Positions 35,033 through 44,621 of a stretch of 59,665 nucleotides of DNA are shown piece after piece. The stretch comes from Acidimicrobiaceae bacterium (GTDB lineage Bacteria; Actinomycetota; Acidimicrobiia; Acidimicrobiales; RAAP-2), in assembly GCA_003134515.1 (NCBI GenBank), contig PLBM01000087.1, positions 3,922 to 63,586 on the forward strand, given 5' to 3'. The translations under genes and the position numbers were made by a program. The notes beneath the pieces were generated by a model. It was not told the DNA's origin and searched no databases. It worked only from the letters and a program-made list of their open reading frames with translations. Each line of letters begins with the position of its first letter. Position 1 is the first letter of the stretch.

Positions 35033-36727
35033 ATGCCCGAAGCGAAAGCGACCCCCACGTCACTCGATGGAGTGACCTCGCTCTACCGTCGCTTTCGACC
35101 CGCGCGATTCGCCGAGCTTCGCGGTCAAGACCATGTGGTCCGAGCACTGCAAGGTGCGGTAAAGAACGACCGAATCTCGCACGCGTACCTCTTCTCGGGA
35201 CCTCGCGGGACGGGTAAGACCACGGCCGCGAGAATCTTGGCCAAAGCTCTCAACTGTCAGCATCCGGTCGACGGTGACGCCTGCGCCGTGTGCGCGAGCT
35301 GTCTCGCGATTTCTAAAGGTTCGTCGCTCGATGTCATCGAGTTGGACGCAGCATCTAATAACGGTGTGGACGACATTCGTGACATCATCGCCGGCGCCTG
35401 GCACGGTACGCCCGGAAGTTGGAAGGTCTACATCTTTGACGAGGTGCACCAACTCTCGAAGGCGGCCTCGGCGGCGCTTTTAAAGACGCTCGAAGAGCCG
35501 CCGTCGCACGTGGTCTTCGTTCTGGCGACTACCGATCCGCACAAGGTGTTGCCGACGATTCGTTCGCGCACCCAGCACCTCGAGTTTCGTCTCATTAGCG
35601 CCGACACGCTCGCCACGTTGCTTCACGACGTGAAGGGCGCGGCGGGCCTGGGCGCGGACGACGCGACCATCGAGGCCGCGGTGCGTCTGGGGCGGGGCTC
35701 GGCTCGCGACGCACTCAGTGCGCTGGATCAGCTGCTCGCCACGGGCTCGATCAGTGAGACCCAACCCGAGTTCGACGGACTCTTTCATGCTTTGGTCCAC
35801 GATGACGCCGTGGAGGCGCTACGCGCGCTCGCCGTGCTCGCGCGCGAGGGGTGGGACCCTGAGCAACTGGCGGAAAACTTCGCGGGCGAAGTTCGCCAGG
35901 TCTTCTTGTTGCAGGTGGCGCCCGATGTCGCCGACGCCGTTGACGCCGATCGCGAGCGTCTCGTGGCGTGGGGCGAACAACTGGGTCTGGCGCGCAGCGT
36001 GCGAATCCTTGAGACCGTTGGGCGAGCGATACGAGAGATGAAAAGCGCCCCGGAAAAGATCGTCATGTTAGAAGTCGCCATGGTGCGACTCACGAAACCC
36101 GAACTCGACAGTTCCTATGAGTCACTCGACGAACGACTCACCAGAGTCGAACGGGGCGCCGGGCGAGCGGTGCCCACGCCTACTGAAACGCCGCCGCCGC
36201 TTCGTCCTATTGGCACGACCCGCCCGCCCGCGCCACCCAAGCCAGTGGCGACCCTCGGGGCCAACGGGGAGGCGCCCTCGAAGGATGCGACGAAAGCGGC
36301 CGCGCCGTCGGGGAGTTCGAACGCCGCGGACCTGGCCCTTGATGACGTGCGTGACCGGTTCTTTGAACGCGTGGTTCCTCGAACCTCGCGTTCGGCGCAA
36401 CTGCTCCTAGGCTCGGCGAAAATAGAGTCGCTGGATGGACTGTTGTTGACGATCGCGGTGCCGAGCGAAGAGATGCGCCAAAACACCGAGATCATCGCGC
36501 AGGGGTTGAAGGGCGCGCTAGAGCACGAGTTCAAGTCGCCCCTTACCATCTATTGGACCGTGGACGCCTCACTCCTCGACGCGCCCCCACCTGCACGTCG
36601 AACGGTGAGCGCGATCGTTCCCGTCGAGGAGGATTTCGAGGGGAACGAGGAGTCCGTGTTGGTCGTCGATTCCGCGGCCGATCACCTCATCACCGAAATG
36701 TTCCCGGGCGCGAAGGAGATTTCGTGA
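35033..36727 (+). CDS. dnaX: DNA polymerase III subunit gamma/tau
   Basis: LYRRFRP, GPRGTGKT, Zn module, ELDAASNNGVDD, DEVH, LKTLEEPP. Confidence 0.97.
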   Translation: MPEAKATPTSLDGVTSLYRRFRPARFAELRGQDHVVRALQGAVKNDRISHAYLFSGPRGTGKTTAARILAKALNCQHPVDGDACAVCASCLAISKGSSLDVIELDAASNNGVDDIRDIIAGAWHGTPGSWKVYIFDEVHQLSKAASAALLKTLEEPPSHVVFVLATTDPHKVLPTIRSRTQHLEFRLISADTLATLLHDVKGAAGLGADDATIEAAVRLGRGSARDALSALDQLLATGSISETQPEFDGLFHALVHDDAVEALRALAVLAREGWDPEQLAENFAGEVRQVFLLQVAPDVADAVDADRERLVAWGEQLGLARSVRILETVGRAIREMKSAPEKIVMLEVAMVRLTKPELDSSYESLDERLTRVERGAGRAVPTPTETPPPLRPIGTTRPPAPPKPVATLGANGEAPSKDATKAAAPSGSSNAADLALDDVRDRFFERVVPRTSRSAQLLLGSAKIESLDGLLLTIAVPSEEMRQNTEIIAQGLKGALEHEFKSPLTIYWTVDASLLDAPPPARRTVSAIVPVEEDFEGNEESVLVVDSAADHLITEMFPGAKEIS

Positions 36728-37326
36728 CCTACCCACCGGCCCTGCAGGCCGTGGTCGACGAACTCGGACGTTTCCCCGGCGTGGGCCCCAAGTCGGCACA
36801 GCGCATTGCCTTTTGGTTGATGCGCCAGCCCGGCGAGGACGTCGAGCGCCTGGCGTTGTCACTCGAGGAGATGAAGTCCAAACTTTCGTTTTGCGAACGC
36901 TGCTGCAACATCGCCGAATCGGGGGGACTCTGTCCAATCTGCGCCGATACTCGGCGCGACCAGACGACGATCTGTGTGGTGGAGAGTCCGCCGGACGTCG
37001 GGGCCGTCGAACGCTCGGGCGCCTTTCAAGGGACGTACCACGTCCTGCACGGCGTGTTAAATCCGTTGGAGGGCGTGACGCCCGATCGACTGAAGATCCA
37101 AGAGTTGCTGGCACGCCTGCACGGTCCGGTGAAGGAAGTCATTCTCTGTTTCAACTCCAACGTCGAAGGTGACCACACCGCGATGTACCTCAGTCGGCTT
37201 TTGCAGATGCCCGGGCTCGTCGTCTCCCAACCGGCCAGCGGCTTGCCGGTCGGGGGAGACTTGGAGTTCGCGGACGACCTCACCCTGGGACGGGCCTTCG
37301 AGGGGCGACGCGTACTGAGCGACTAG
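36724..37326 (+). CDS. recR: Recombination mediator RecR
   Basis: PGVGPKSAQR, C4 zinc finger, Toprim domain, GLPVGGDLEFAD. Confidence 0.97.
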   Translation: MTYPPALQAVVDELGRFPGVGPKSAQRIAFWLMRQPGEDVERLALSLEEMKSKLSFCERCCNIAESGGLCPICADTRRDQTTICVVESPPDVGAVERSGAFQGTYHVLHGVLNPLEGVTPDRLKIQELLARLHGPVKEVILCFNSNVEGDHTAMYLSRLLQMPGLVVSQPASGLPVGGDLEFADDLTLGRAFEGRRVLSD

Positions 37327-37390
37327 TTGATGTGACGCGCCATGAGATTCGATTTCTGTGCTCGTCAAATTTTTGCGAGAGACTAGACCG

Positions 37391-37903
37391 GTGCGATACC
37401 TAACGATTGTTCGCCACGCCAAGGCCGAAAAGGCCACGTCGGATCAGCGCGATTTCGACCGCAAATTGAGTGGCCGAGGGCGACGCGAGTGTGAACAGTT
37501 GCGTGCTTGGGCGAACGATACGAGCGAACTCGGTCGCTTCGGGCCCACCACGGCGCTGGTGAGCGCGGCGGCGCGCACGAAGGAGACCTTTCGACGGGCC
37601 TTTGCGGGCACGGCCTTTGCCGGCGAGCGCGTGGTGAGCGAGTTGATCTACAACGGCCAGCGCCACGTCTCGGCGGAGGATCTGCTCATCGATCTCGCCG
37701 CGATTGATCCAGTGACGACGTCACTGGCCGTCGTGGCGCACAACCCGACGGTCCTCGAACTGTTGTGGTCACTGGTGGACGAACTACCTGACTCGCTGCG
37801 AGCGGGATATCCGCTGGGCGGGACCTACGTCTTAGCAATACCCGACGATCAGCCGATCGGCCTCGCTCACTACCCCTTGGTCGCGCGCTTCGTGCCCGAC
37901 TAG
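37391..37903 (+). CDS. SixA-like histidine phosphatase
   Basis: RHAKA, DFDR.L..RG, VVAHNP. Confidence 0.85.
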   Translation: MRYLTIVRHAKAEKATSDQRDFDRKLSGRGRRECEQLRAWANDTSELGRFGPTTALVSAAARTKETFRRAFAGTAFAGERVVSELIYNGQRHVSAEDLLIDLAAIDPVTTSLAVVAHNPTVLELLWSLVDELPDSLRAGYPLGGTYVLAIPDDQPIGLAHYPLVARFVPD

Positions 37904-39078
37904 AGCGAGCGAAGAATTGCGGCGTCGCCCTGTCCGCCGCCGCCACACAGGGCGACCGCGGCGACCCCGCCCCCGCGTCGACGCAGTTCCAACAGGGCCG
38001 TAATGGCCAGGCGCGTGCCTGACATGCCCACGGGGTGGCCGAGCGCGATCGCTCCGCCGTTGACGTTCACCTTGTCTTCATCGACACCTAAGTCGTCGCA
38101 CGAGGCGAGACCCACCGCGGCGAACGCCTCGTTGATCTCGATGAGGTCGAGACCCTTCACGTCGAGTTGCGCTTTCTTGGCGGCTTGGAGTATGGCGTTC
38201 GCCGGTTGACCCAGGAGCGACGTGTCGGGCCCGGCGACCTGGCCGTAGCTGACGAGTTCGCCAATCGGGGTGAGACCGAGTTGGGCGCAGCGCTCTTCGG
38301 ACATCACGAGCACCGCCGCGCCACCGTCGGAGATCTGCGACGCGTTGCCCGCAGTAATAGTTCCGTCTTTGTCGAAGGCCGTGCGCAGTTGGCCGAGGGA
38401 CTCGGCCGTGGTGTCGGCACGTACCCCTTCATCAATCGAGACCATCAAGGGCTCGCCCTTGCGCTGGGGGACCGCGACGGCGACGATCTCCTCGGCGAAC
38501 TTGCCAGAGGAAATGGCGGCGGCGGCCAGTTGGTGACTTCGAGCGGAGAACTCGTCTTGACGCGCTCGGCTGATGCGTCCGTGGTTGTAGCGCTCGGTCG
38601 CCAAGCCCATTGCGCACTGATCAAAGGCGCAGGTGAGTCCGTCGAACATCATTGAGTCGACGGCCTTCTGGTCGCCGATGCGGTACCCCGCGCGAGCTCC
38701 GGGCAGAAGGTACGGCGCGCCGGTCATCGACTCCATGCCGCCCGCGATGATGATGTCGGCTTCGCCGGCGCGGATCATCAGGTCGGCCAGATATATGGTC
38801 TGCAAGCCCGAGAGACAGACCTTATTAATAGTGGTGGCGTTGACGGTCATGGGGATACCGCCCTTCACGGCGGCTTGACGGGCCGTGATCTGACCTTGGC
38901 CGGCTTGAATGACCTGACCCATCAGCACCGCGTCCACGCTCGCGGGATCGACGCCCGTCTTTTCGAGGACGTCCTTGATGGCGGCGCCGCCGAGGTCTTG
39001 AGCGCTCAACGTGGCGAATACGCCCGAGAGCTTGCCAATGGCAGTACGACTTCCAGCGACGATGACACTACGTGACAT
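37900..39078 (-). CDS. Acetyl-CoA C-acetyltransferase (thiolase)
   Basis: INKVCLSG, EINEAFA, GGAIALGHP.G.SG, LCGGGGQG; AAGGGAG SD before ATG 39078. Confidence 0.95.
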   Translation of the reverse strand: MSRSVIVAGSRTAIGKLSGVFATLSAQDLGGAAIKDVLEKTGVDPASVDAVLMGQVIQAGQGQITARQAAVKGGIPMTVNATTINKVCLSGLQTIYLADLMIRAGEADIIIAGGMESMTGAPYLLPGARAGYRIGDQKAVDSMMFDGLTCAFDQCAMGLATERYNHGRISRARQDEFSARSHQLAAAAISSGKFAEEIVAVAVPQRKGEPLMVSIDEGVRADTTAESLGQLRTAFDKDGTITAGNASQISDGGAAVLVMSEERCAQLGLTPIGELVSYGQVAGPDTSLLGQPANAILQAAKKAQLDVKGLDLIEINEAFAAVGLASCDDLGVDEDKVNVNGGAIALGHPVGMSGTRLAITALLELRRRGGGVAAVALCGGGGQGDAAILRSL

Positions 39079-39090
39079 AACAACTCCCTT

Positions 39091-39296
39091 GTGACGAACC
39101 CCTCGGGGCCACCCCTTGAAACGATAGGCGTTTCTCGACGACGCGGTTCCGTGCGGTCTCGACGGCGCACGGCCCGAGGTTCGAAAGGTAAACGGCGCTC
39201 GGTCGATAGTCGACGCGTCGTGCAGTTCAAGAGATCCGCCACGAGTGTCCTTCGAACCTTGAAGTAGTTTCGAGACATCCCAAGTCGGGGTTTCGT
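39091..39296. ncRNA. Candidate structured RNA (6S-like or cis-regulatory leader)
   Basis: Nested complementary pairs CTTGAA/TTCAAG, ACGACGCG/CGCGTCGT and CCGTGCG/CGCACGG; alternative pair AGGTTCGAA/TTCGAACCT. Confidence 0.45.
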
Positions 39297-39308
39297 GGTG
39301 GGGGCGCT

Positions 39309-40892
39309 TTGAGTGAGTCGGTTCAACGTGTTGCGGGTGAGGGCCCGGTCGCACTAAGTTCTGGCGTTCTTCGAGGGGACTGCTTCGTCTCCCTGGAAGA
39401 ACTCAATCACCGTGCCTTGAGAGCGGCGACGGGACTTCGTTCGCTCGGTGTGGGCGCTGGTGACACCGTGGCCCTGCTACTTCGTAACGACCACGAGTTC
39501 TTTGAAGCGTCGTTCGCGGCTTCGGCGCTCGGGGCCGCTCCGGTGCCGATCAACTGGCACGGAAGTGCCGAGGAGATCGCCTACGTTCTCCAAGACTGTC
39601 AAACCAGTGTGCTCGTGGTTCACGCCGACCTACTGGCGCGAGTGCGCCACCTCGTTCCTCCGGGCATCACGGTCTTGGGGGTCGCCACGCCCGAGAGCAT
39701 CGTGTCGAGTTTTTCTATCACGCCGTCTGACTCGCAACTTCCCCCGGACGTCACTTCGTGGTCGACGTGGCTCGACGGTTTCGATCCTCTCGCACAGCTC
39801 CACGACGCGGAGCCTTGGTCGATGATCTACACCTCGGGCACGACTGGTCACCCCAAGGGCGTGCGTCGACTGCCCGGGACGCAAGAGACCGAAGAGGGCC
39901 TCGACTACTTGATCGATGCCGCCACGTACTTTGGGATCTGGCCCGAGATGCGAACCGTGATCTGTGGGCCCATGTACCACTCGGCCCCGTTCACCTACGC
40001 GGCACTCGCCGCGCGCTCGTACAACGGCCTGCTCGTCATCCAGGACCGCTTTGATCCCGAGGGACTGCTGGCGCTCATCGAGCAACACCGGATCACCTCG
40101 ATGTACATGGTGCCGACCATGTTCGTTCGAATGCTGCGCCTGCCTGCAGAAGTGCGGGCCCGCTACGATCTCTCCTCGCTGACCCACGTCTCTCATACCG
40201 CGGCCCCCTGTCCGCCCGACGTCAAGCGGGCGTTGATCGAGTGGTGGGGTCCCATCATCTCTGAGCTCTACGGCAGTACCGAGGTTGCTTTCATCGCCGG
40301 CTGCACCAGCGAGGAGTGGCTGGCTCATCCCGGCACGGTGGGACGACCCCTGGCGAGCTGTGAAGTTCGTGTCTTTGATGAAGATGGCGTGGAGTTGGCG
40401 ACGGGCGAATCCGGCGAAGTGTTCGTACGCGCGAAAGCCACCACTGACTTCACGTACCACGGCAAAGCGGAGGCCCGGGCCGAGGTGGAACGCGACGGGT
40501 TGATCACGTGTGGCGACGTCGGCTTTCTCGACGAGGACGGTTTTCTCTATCTCTGTGATCGAGTACGCGACATGGTCATTTCGGGTGGGGTCAACATCTA
40601 CCCCATCGAGATCGAAGCCTGCTTGTTAAAACTGCCCGGCGTGGCCGACTGCGCGGTCTTTGGAATCCCCGACCCCGAGTACGGCGAGTCGATCGCCGCC
40701 GCGATCAAGTTAGAACCCGGCGTCTCACTGTCAATCGGCGACATCCAAGCGCACGTGCGAGAACATCTGGCGAGCTTCAAGGTGCCCAAGGTGGTGACGT
40801 TTCACGAGAGTCTGCCGAGGGAGGACTCCGGCAAGATGTTCAAGAGAAAGCTGCGCGATCCGTACTGGGCGCAAGCCGGACGCGCCATTTGA
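39309..40892 (+). CDS. Acyl-CoA synthetase (AMP-binding enzyme)
   Basis: YTSGTTGHPKG, YGSTE, GDVGFLDEDG, DMVISGGVNIYP, SGK. Confidence 0.93.
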   Translation: MSESVQRVAGEGPVALSSGVLRGDCFVSLEELNHRALRAATGLRSLGVGAGDTVALLLRNDHEFFEASFAASALGAAPVPINWHGSAEEIAYVLQDCQTSVLVVHADLLARVRHLVPPGITVLGVATPESIVSSFSITPSDSQLPPDVTSWSTWLDGFDPLAQLHDAEPWSMIYTSGTTGHPKGVRRLPGTQETEEGLDYLIDAATYFGIWPEMRTVICGPMYHSAPFTYAALAARSYNGLLVIQDRFDPEGLLALIEQHRITSMYMVPTMFVRMLRLPAEVRARYDLSSLTHVSHTAAPCPPDVKRALIEWWGPIISELYGSTEVAFIAGCTSEEWLAHPGTVGRPLASCEVRVFDEDGVELATGESGEVFVRAKATTDFTYHGKAEARAEVERDGLITCGDVGFLDEDGFLYLCDRVRDMVISGGVNIYPIEIEACLLKLPGVADCAVFGIPDPEYGESIAAAIKLEPGVSLSIGDIQAHVREHLASFKVPKVVTFHESLPREDSGKMFKRKLRDPYWAQAGRAI

Positions 40893-40949
40893 ATCCTCAC
40901 TGGCGCGCACGTCATCAGGCGCGCCACGCGGGCCACTAGCCTCGCGCAG

Positions 40950-42293
40950 ATGAGCGAGATTCTTGACGCCGCCGTGGCGGGCGCGTCTCCCGAGACCTTG
41001 GGTTCTCTCCCGATGCCCGAGACGTATCGGGCCGTCTTCGTTCGACGCGACGAGCAGAGCATCTTTGAAGGAATGGCGAGTAAGGATAAGGATCCGCGGC
41101 GAATGCTGCACGTCGGCGAGGTTCCGGTGCCCGAACTCGCGCCCGACGAGGTCTACCTCGGGGTGATGGCGTCGTCGATCAATTTCAACACGGTGTGGAC
41201 CAGCATCTTCGAGCCACTGCCCACGTTTGGCTTTCTCGACCGTATGGCAAAGGAGTCGGTCTGGGGCCAACGCCACGCCCTGGACTATCACGTCGTCGGT
41301 TCCGACGCCGCGGGCGTCATCTTACGCACGGGCTCTGCGGTGCGAAATTGGAAGGTGGGCGACGCCGTCACCGTGCACTGCAATTACGTGGACGACCAAG
41401 ACCCGAGTAGCCACGACGACTCGATGATGTCGAATAATCAGCGCATCTGGGGATTCGAGACGAACTTTGGCGGCTTGGCGGACATCGCGGTCGTGAAGGC
41501 CAATCAACTCATGCCCAAGCCCGCGCACCTCACCTGGGAGGAGGCGGGGGTGAACGCGCTGTGCAACTCGACGGCCTATCGGATGTTGGTGTCGCGAAAC
41601 GGCGCGCCCGTCACCCAGGGCGACCGGGTGTTGATCTGGGGAGCGTCGGGCGGACTGGGATCGTTTGCCGTCCAGCACGTCTTGAACTCGGGTGGCGTGC
41701 CCATCGGCGTGGTGTCAAGCGAGTCCAAGGTCGCGGCGTTGCACGAACTGGGTTGCGAGTACGTCATCAATCGAGAAGAGAAGAACTACCAATTCTGGAA
41801 GGACGAACACACCCAAGACGAGAGCGAGTGGCGCCGACTCGGTAAGGACATCCGTTCGTTGGCCGGCGACGATCCCGGCATCGTCTTTGAGCACCCCGGT
41901 CGCTCGACCATGGGCGCGAGTGTCTTTGTCGCCAAACGTGGCGGCATCATCGTGACCTGCGCCGCGACCAGTGGTTACCTGGTCGAGTATGACAATCGCC
42001 ACTTGTGGATGAAACTCAAGACCATCCGAGGGTCGCACTTTTCGAACTACCGCGAGGCCTGGGCCGCCAATCAGACCATTATCGATGGCAAGGTCGTGCC
42101 GCCGCTTTCCAAGGTCTTTCCCTTGGAAGAGACCGGGGAGGCCGCCTACGAGGTACACCACAATCGTCACGAAGGAAAGATCGGCATCCTCTGTGCCGCC
42201 CCGAGGGAGGGGCTGGGTGTCACGGACCCCGAACTTCGAGCGCGCGTGGGCGAAGATCGACTGACGATCTTTCGCCGCCACGACCGGGGGTAG
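40950..42293 (+). CDS. ccr: Crotonyl-CoA carboxylase/reductase
   Basis: MASSINFNTVW, IWGFETNFGG, WGASGGLG, FEHPG, CAATSGY, GSHFSN. Confidence 0.95.
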   Translation: MSEILDAAVAGASPETLGSLPMPETYRAVFVRRDEQSIFEGMASKDKDPRRMLHVGEVPVPELAPDEVYLGVMASSINFNTVWTSIFEPLPTFGFLDRMAKESVWGQRHALDYHVVGSDAAGVILRTGSAVRNWKVGDAVTVHCNYVDDQDPSSHDDSMMSNNQRIWGFETNFGGLADIAVVKANQLMPKPAHLTWEEAGVNALCNSTAYRMLVSRNGAPVTQGDRVLIWGASGGLGSFAVQHVLNSGGVPIGVVSSESKVAALHELGCEYVINREEKNYQFWKDEHTQDESEWRRLGKDIRSLAGDDPGIVFEHPGRSTMGASVFVAKRGGIIVTCAATSGYLVEYDNRHLWMKLKTIRGSHFSNYREAWAANQTIIDGKVVPPLSKVFPLEETGEAAYEVHHNRHEGKIGILCAAPREGLGVTDPELRARVGEDRLTIFRRHDRG

Positions 42294-42295
42294 AG

Positions 42296-42709
42296 ATGAC
42301 GTCGCGCTTAACTGAGATTGACCATGTGGGCATTGCCGTGCGTGATCTTGAAGCGGCGATTGCCTGGTACGCCGAGGTCTTTGGCGCGACGGTGGAACAT
42401 CGAGAGATCGTCGAGTCCGACGGCGTCGAAGAGGCGTTGGTGCGCGTCGCCGACTCCTACATTCAACTGCTGACGCCCACGCGTGACGATTCACCCCTCG
42501 CGAAGTACTTGGAAAAGAAGGGCGAAGGAGTGCATCACGTGGCCTATCGCGTGGCGAACTGCGCTGACGCGCTGGCGGCAGTGAAGGCGTCGGGCGCACG
42601 GGTCATCGATGTCACCCCCCGGCCGGGATCGCGCGGCACGACCGTGGCGTTTATCCATCCCAAAGCGTCCTTTGGCACGTTGATCGAACTCGTGCAGGTC
42701 AACAACTAG
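42296..42709 (+). CDS. mce: Methylmalonyl-/ethylmalonyl-CoA epimerase
   Basis: IDHVGIAV, GEGVHHVAY, FIHPK...GTLIEL. Confidence 0.93.
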   Translation: MTSRLTEIDHVGIAVRDLEAAIAWYAEVFGATVEHREIVESDGVEEALVRVADSYIQLLTPTRDDSPLAKYLEKKGEGVHHVAYRVANCADALAAVKASGARVIDVTPRPGSRGTTVAFIHPKASFGTLIELVQVNN

Positions 42710-42749
42710 TTCGTCGCGCGCGACGAAGGTACCAGGAGTTCAGAATTTT

Positions 42750-42788
42750 CTACTTGCGAGTAACAAGAAATTCCTACTTCGCGGTAAC
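42750..42788. promoter_or_regulatory. Tandem operator-like sites upstream of the acyl-CoA carboxylase gene
   Basis: CTACTTGCGAGTAAC (42750-42764) and CTACTTCGCGGTAAC (42774-42788). Confidence 0.55.
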
Positions 42789-42891
42789 GCTTGGGGTGTC
42801 TCTACGTTGCGCGTTTGGGCGTTCTTTGCCCGTGTCCTCAAAGTGACGTGGTAGTGCGTCTTGGCTATCGTGGTTCCATATGGTGCATTCG

Positions 42892-44436
42892 ATGGCGGAA
42901 CGCCTCAAGGAGTTAGAAGCCTTAAAAGCTGAAGCTCTCGTTGCCGGTGGAGAGAAGGCCATTGAGCGCCATCGGGCCAAGGGCCGAATGACCGCGCGCG
43001 AGCGTCTGGTGTACCTGCTCGACGAAGATTCCTTCCAAGAACTCGATATGTTGAATCGTCACGTGACCTCGGGGATGGGTTTGGAGGACTCACGGCCCTA
43101 CTCCGACGGGGTGATCACGGGTTACGGGAAGATTGACGGGCGCAAGGTCTGCGTGTACTCCCAAGACTTCACCGTCTTTGGCGGCGCGCTGGGTGAGACC
43201 CACGGTGAAAAAATTCAAAAGATCATGGACCTCGCCACGACGATGGGCCTACCCATCATTGGTCTCAATGACGGGGCCGGCGCTCGAATTCAAGAGGGCG
43301 TCGCGGGACTGAACGCCTACGGGGGGATCTTTAAACGCAACGCGCGCGCCTCGGGCGTCGTGCCCCAGATCTCGGTCATCCTGGGCCCCTGCGCCGGGGG
43401 GGCGGTCTACTCGCCGGCCCTGACGGACTTCATCTTCATGGTGAAAGACACGAGCCACATGTTCATCACCGGTCCCGACGTGGTGAAGTCGGTGACGGGC
43501 CAGGACGTGACCCTCGAAGAGTTGGGGGGCGCCCAGACCCACGCGACCAAGTCGGGCGTGGCCAGTTTTGTCCTGCCCGACGAGAAGAGCGTGCTCGACG
43601 AGGTTCGCTATTTGATGTCGTTCCTGCCCTCGAACAACATGGAAGAGCCGCCGCGCATCATGACCGACGACGACCCGGAACGACTCTGTGAGGATCTGCG
43701 CGAACTGTTGCCCGACTCACCGAATCAGCCCTACGACATGAAAAAGGTCATTACCTCGGTCGTGGACGGCGGCGACTACATGGAGGTGCACGCCACCTAC
43801 GCCCAACAGGTGACCTGCGGCTTCGCCCGCCTGGACGGACACACGATCGGCATCGTCTCGAACCAACCCCAGATTCTCGCCGGGGTCCTCGACATCGAGT
43901 CCAGCGAGAAGGCGGCACGCTTCGTGCGCACGTGTGACGCCTTTAACGTGCCCCTGGTCACTTTCGTGGACGTGCCGGGCTTCATGCCCGGCGTCGAGCA
44001 AGAGTACGGCGGGATCATCCGTCACGGCGCCCAATTGCTCTACGCCTTTTGCGAGGCGACGGTGCCGCGCATCTCGATCATCACCCGCAAGGCCTACGGC
44101 GGGGCGTACGTGGTGATGAACTCTAAGTCCATTGGCGCGGACCTCGCCTTCGCGTGGCCCACGGCCGAACTGGCGGTGATGGGCGCCGCGGGCGCGGTGA
44201 GCATCGTGTACCGACGTGAGCTGGCCGAGTCCTCCGATCCCCAGGCCCTGCGCGCGCAACTGATCGAGGACTACGAGGAGCGCTACGCGAATCCGTACGT
44301 CGCCGCCGAACGGGGCTTCATCGACGACGTCATCGATCCCGCCGAGACGCGTCGAATCCTCGCGCGGTCGCTGGACTTGTTGCGAGGCAAACGCGAAGAT
44401 CTGCCCAAGCGCAAGCACGGGAACGTGCCGCTGTGA
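42892..44436 (+). CDS. pccB: Acyl-CoA (propionyl-CoA) carboxylase beta subunit
   Basis: QDFTVFGG, GARIQEG, GPCAGGAVYSPA, DVPGFMPG, RKAYGGAY, KHGNVPL; TATGGT -10 box 7 nt before ATG 42892. Confidence 0.93.
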   Translation: MAERLKELEALKAEALVAGGEKAIERHRAKGRMTARERLVYLLDEDSFQELDMLNRHVTSGMGLEDSRPYSDGVITGYGKIDGRKVCVYSQDFTVFGGALGETHGEKIQKIMDLATTMGLPIIGLNDGAGARIQEGVAGLNAYGGIFKRNARASGVVPQISVILGPCAGGAVYSPALTDFIFMVKDTSHMFITGPDVVKSVTGQDVTLEELGGAQTHATKSGVASFVLPDEKSVLDEVRYLMSFLPSNNMEEPPRIMTDDDPERLCEDLRELLPDSPNQPYDMKKVITSVVDGGDYMEVHATYAQQVTCGFARLDGHTIGIVSNQPQILAGVLDIESSEKAARFVRTCDAFNVPLVTFVDVPGFMPGVEQEYGGIIRHGAQLLYAFCEATVPRISIITRKAYGGAYVVMNSKSIGADLAFAWPTAELAVMGAAGAVSIVYRRELAESSDPQALRAQLIEDYEERYANPYVAAERGFIDDVIDPAETRRILARSLDLLRGKREDLPKRKHGNVPL

Positions 44437-44621
44437 ACTACGGACTTGCGCCACGACCGGGGCTGCCCCCCGAAGAGATGGCCGCGATCATCGCGGTCGC
44501 CGAAGAGTTGCTGAAGGCGGAACGTGGTCGCGTGAAGGACACGCCGCCCTCGTGGCGATTTTCCGGACGCTGGTTCAACGCCGGGCCCTTCACACTGCGT
44601 CGCCCGCATCACGCTAACTAG
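44433..44621 (+). CDS. Acyl-CoA carboxylase epsilon-subunit-like small protein
   Basis: 62 aa; PEE.AAI.A and W..SGR motifs; GTGA-coupled to the beta subunit gene. Confidence 0.7.
   Translation: MNYGLAPRPGLPPEEMAAIIAVAEELLKAERGRVKDTPPSWRFSGRWFNAGPFTLRRPHHAN

Noticed and set aside
35033-36727. Programmed frameshift in dnaX producing a gamma subunit
   Set aside because: No A-AAA-AAG or poly-A slippery run seen in the linker region.
37900-39354. ORF-track N-terminal extensions (thiolase to 39354, ctaB from 1366, ROK from 12695, mce from 42005, DinB to 56448, recR from 36553)
   Set aside because: The extensions overlap neighbouring genes and lack family motifs. Downstream starts have SD, -10 or coupling support.
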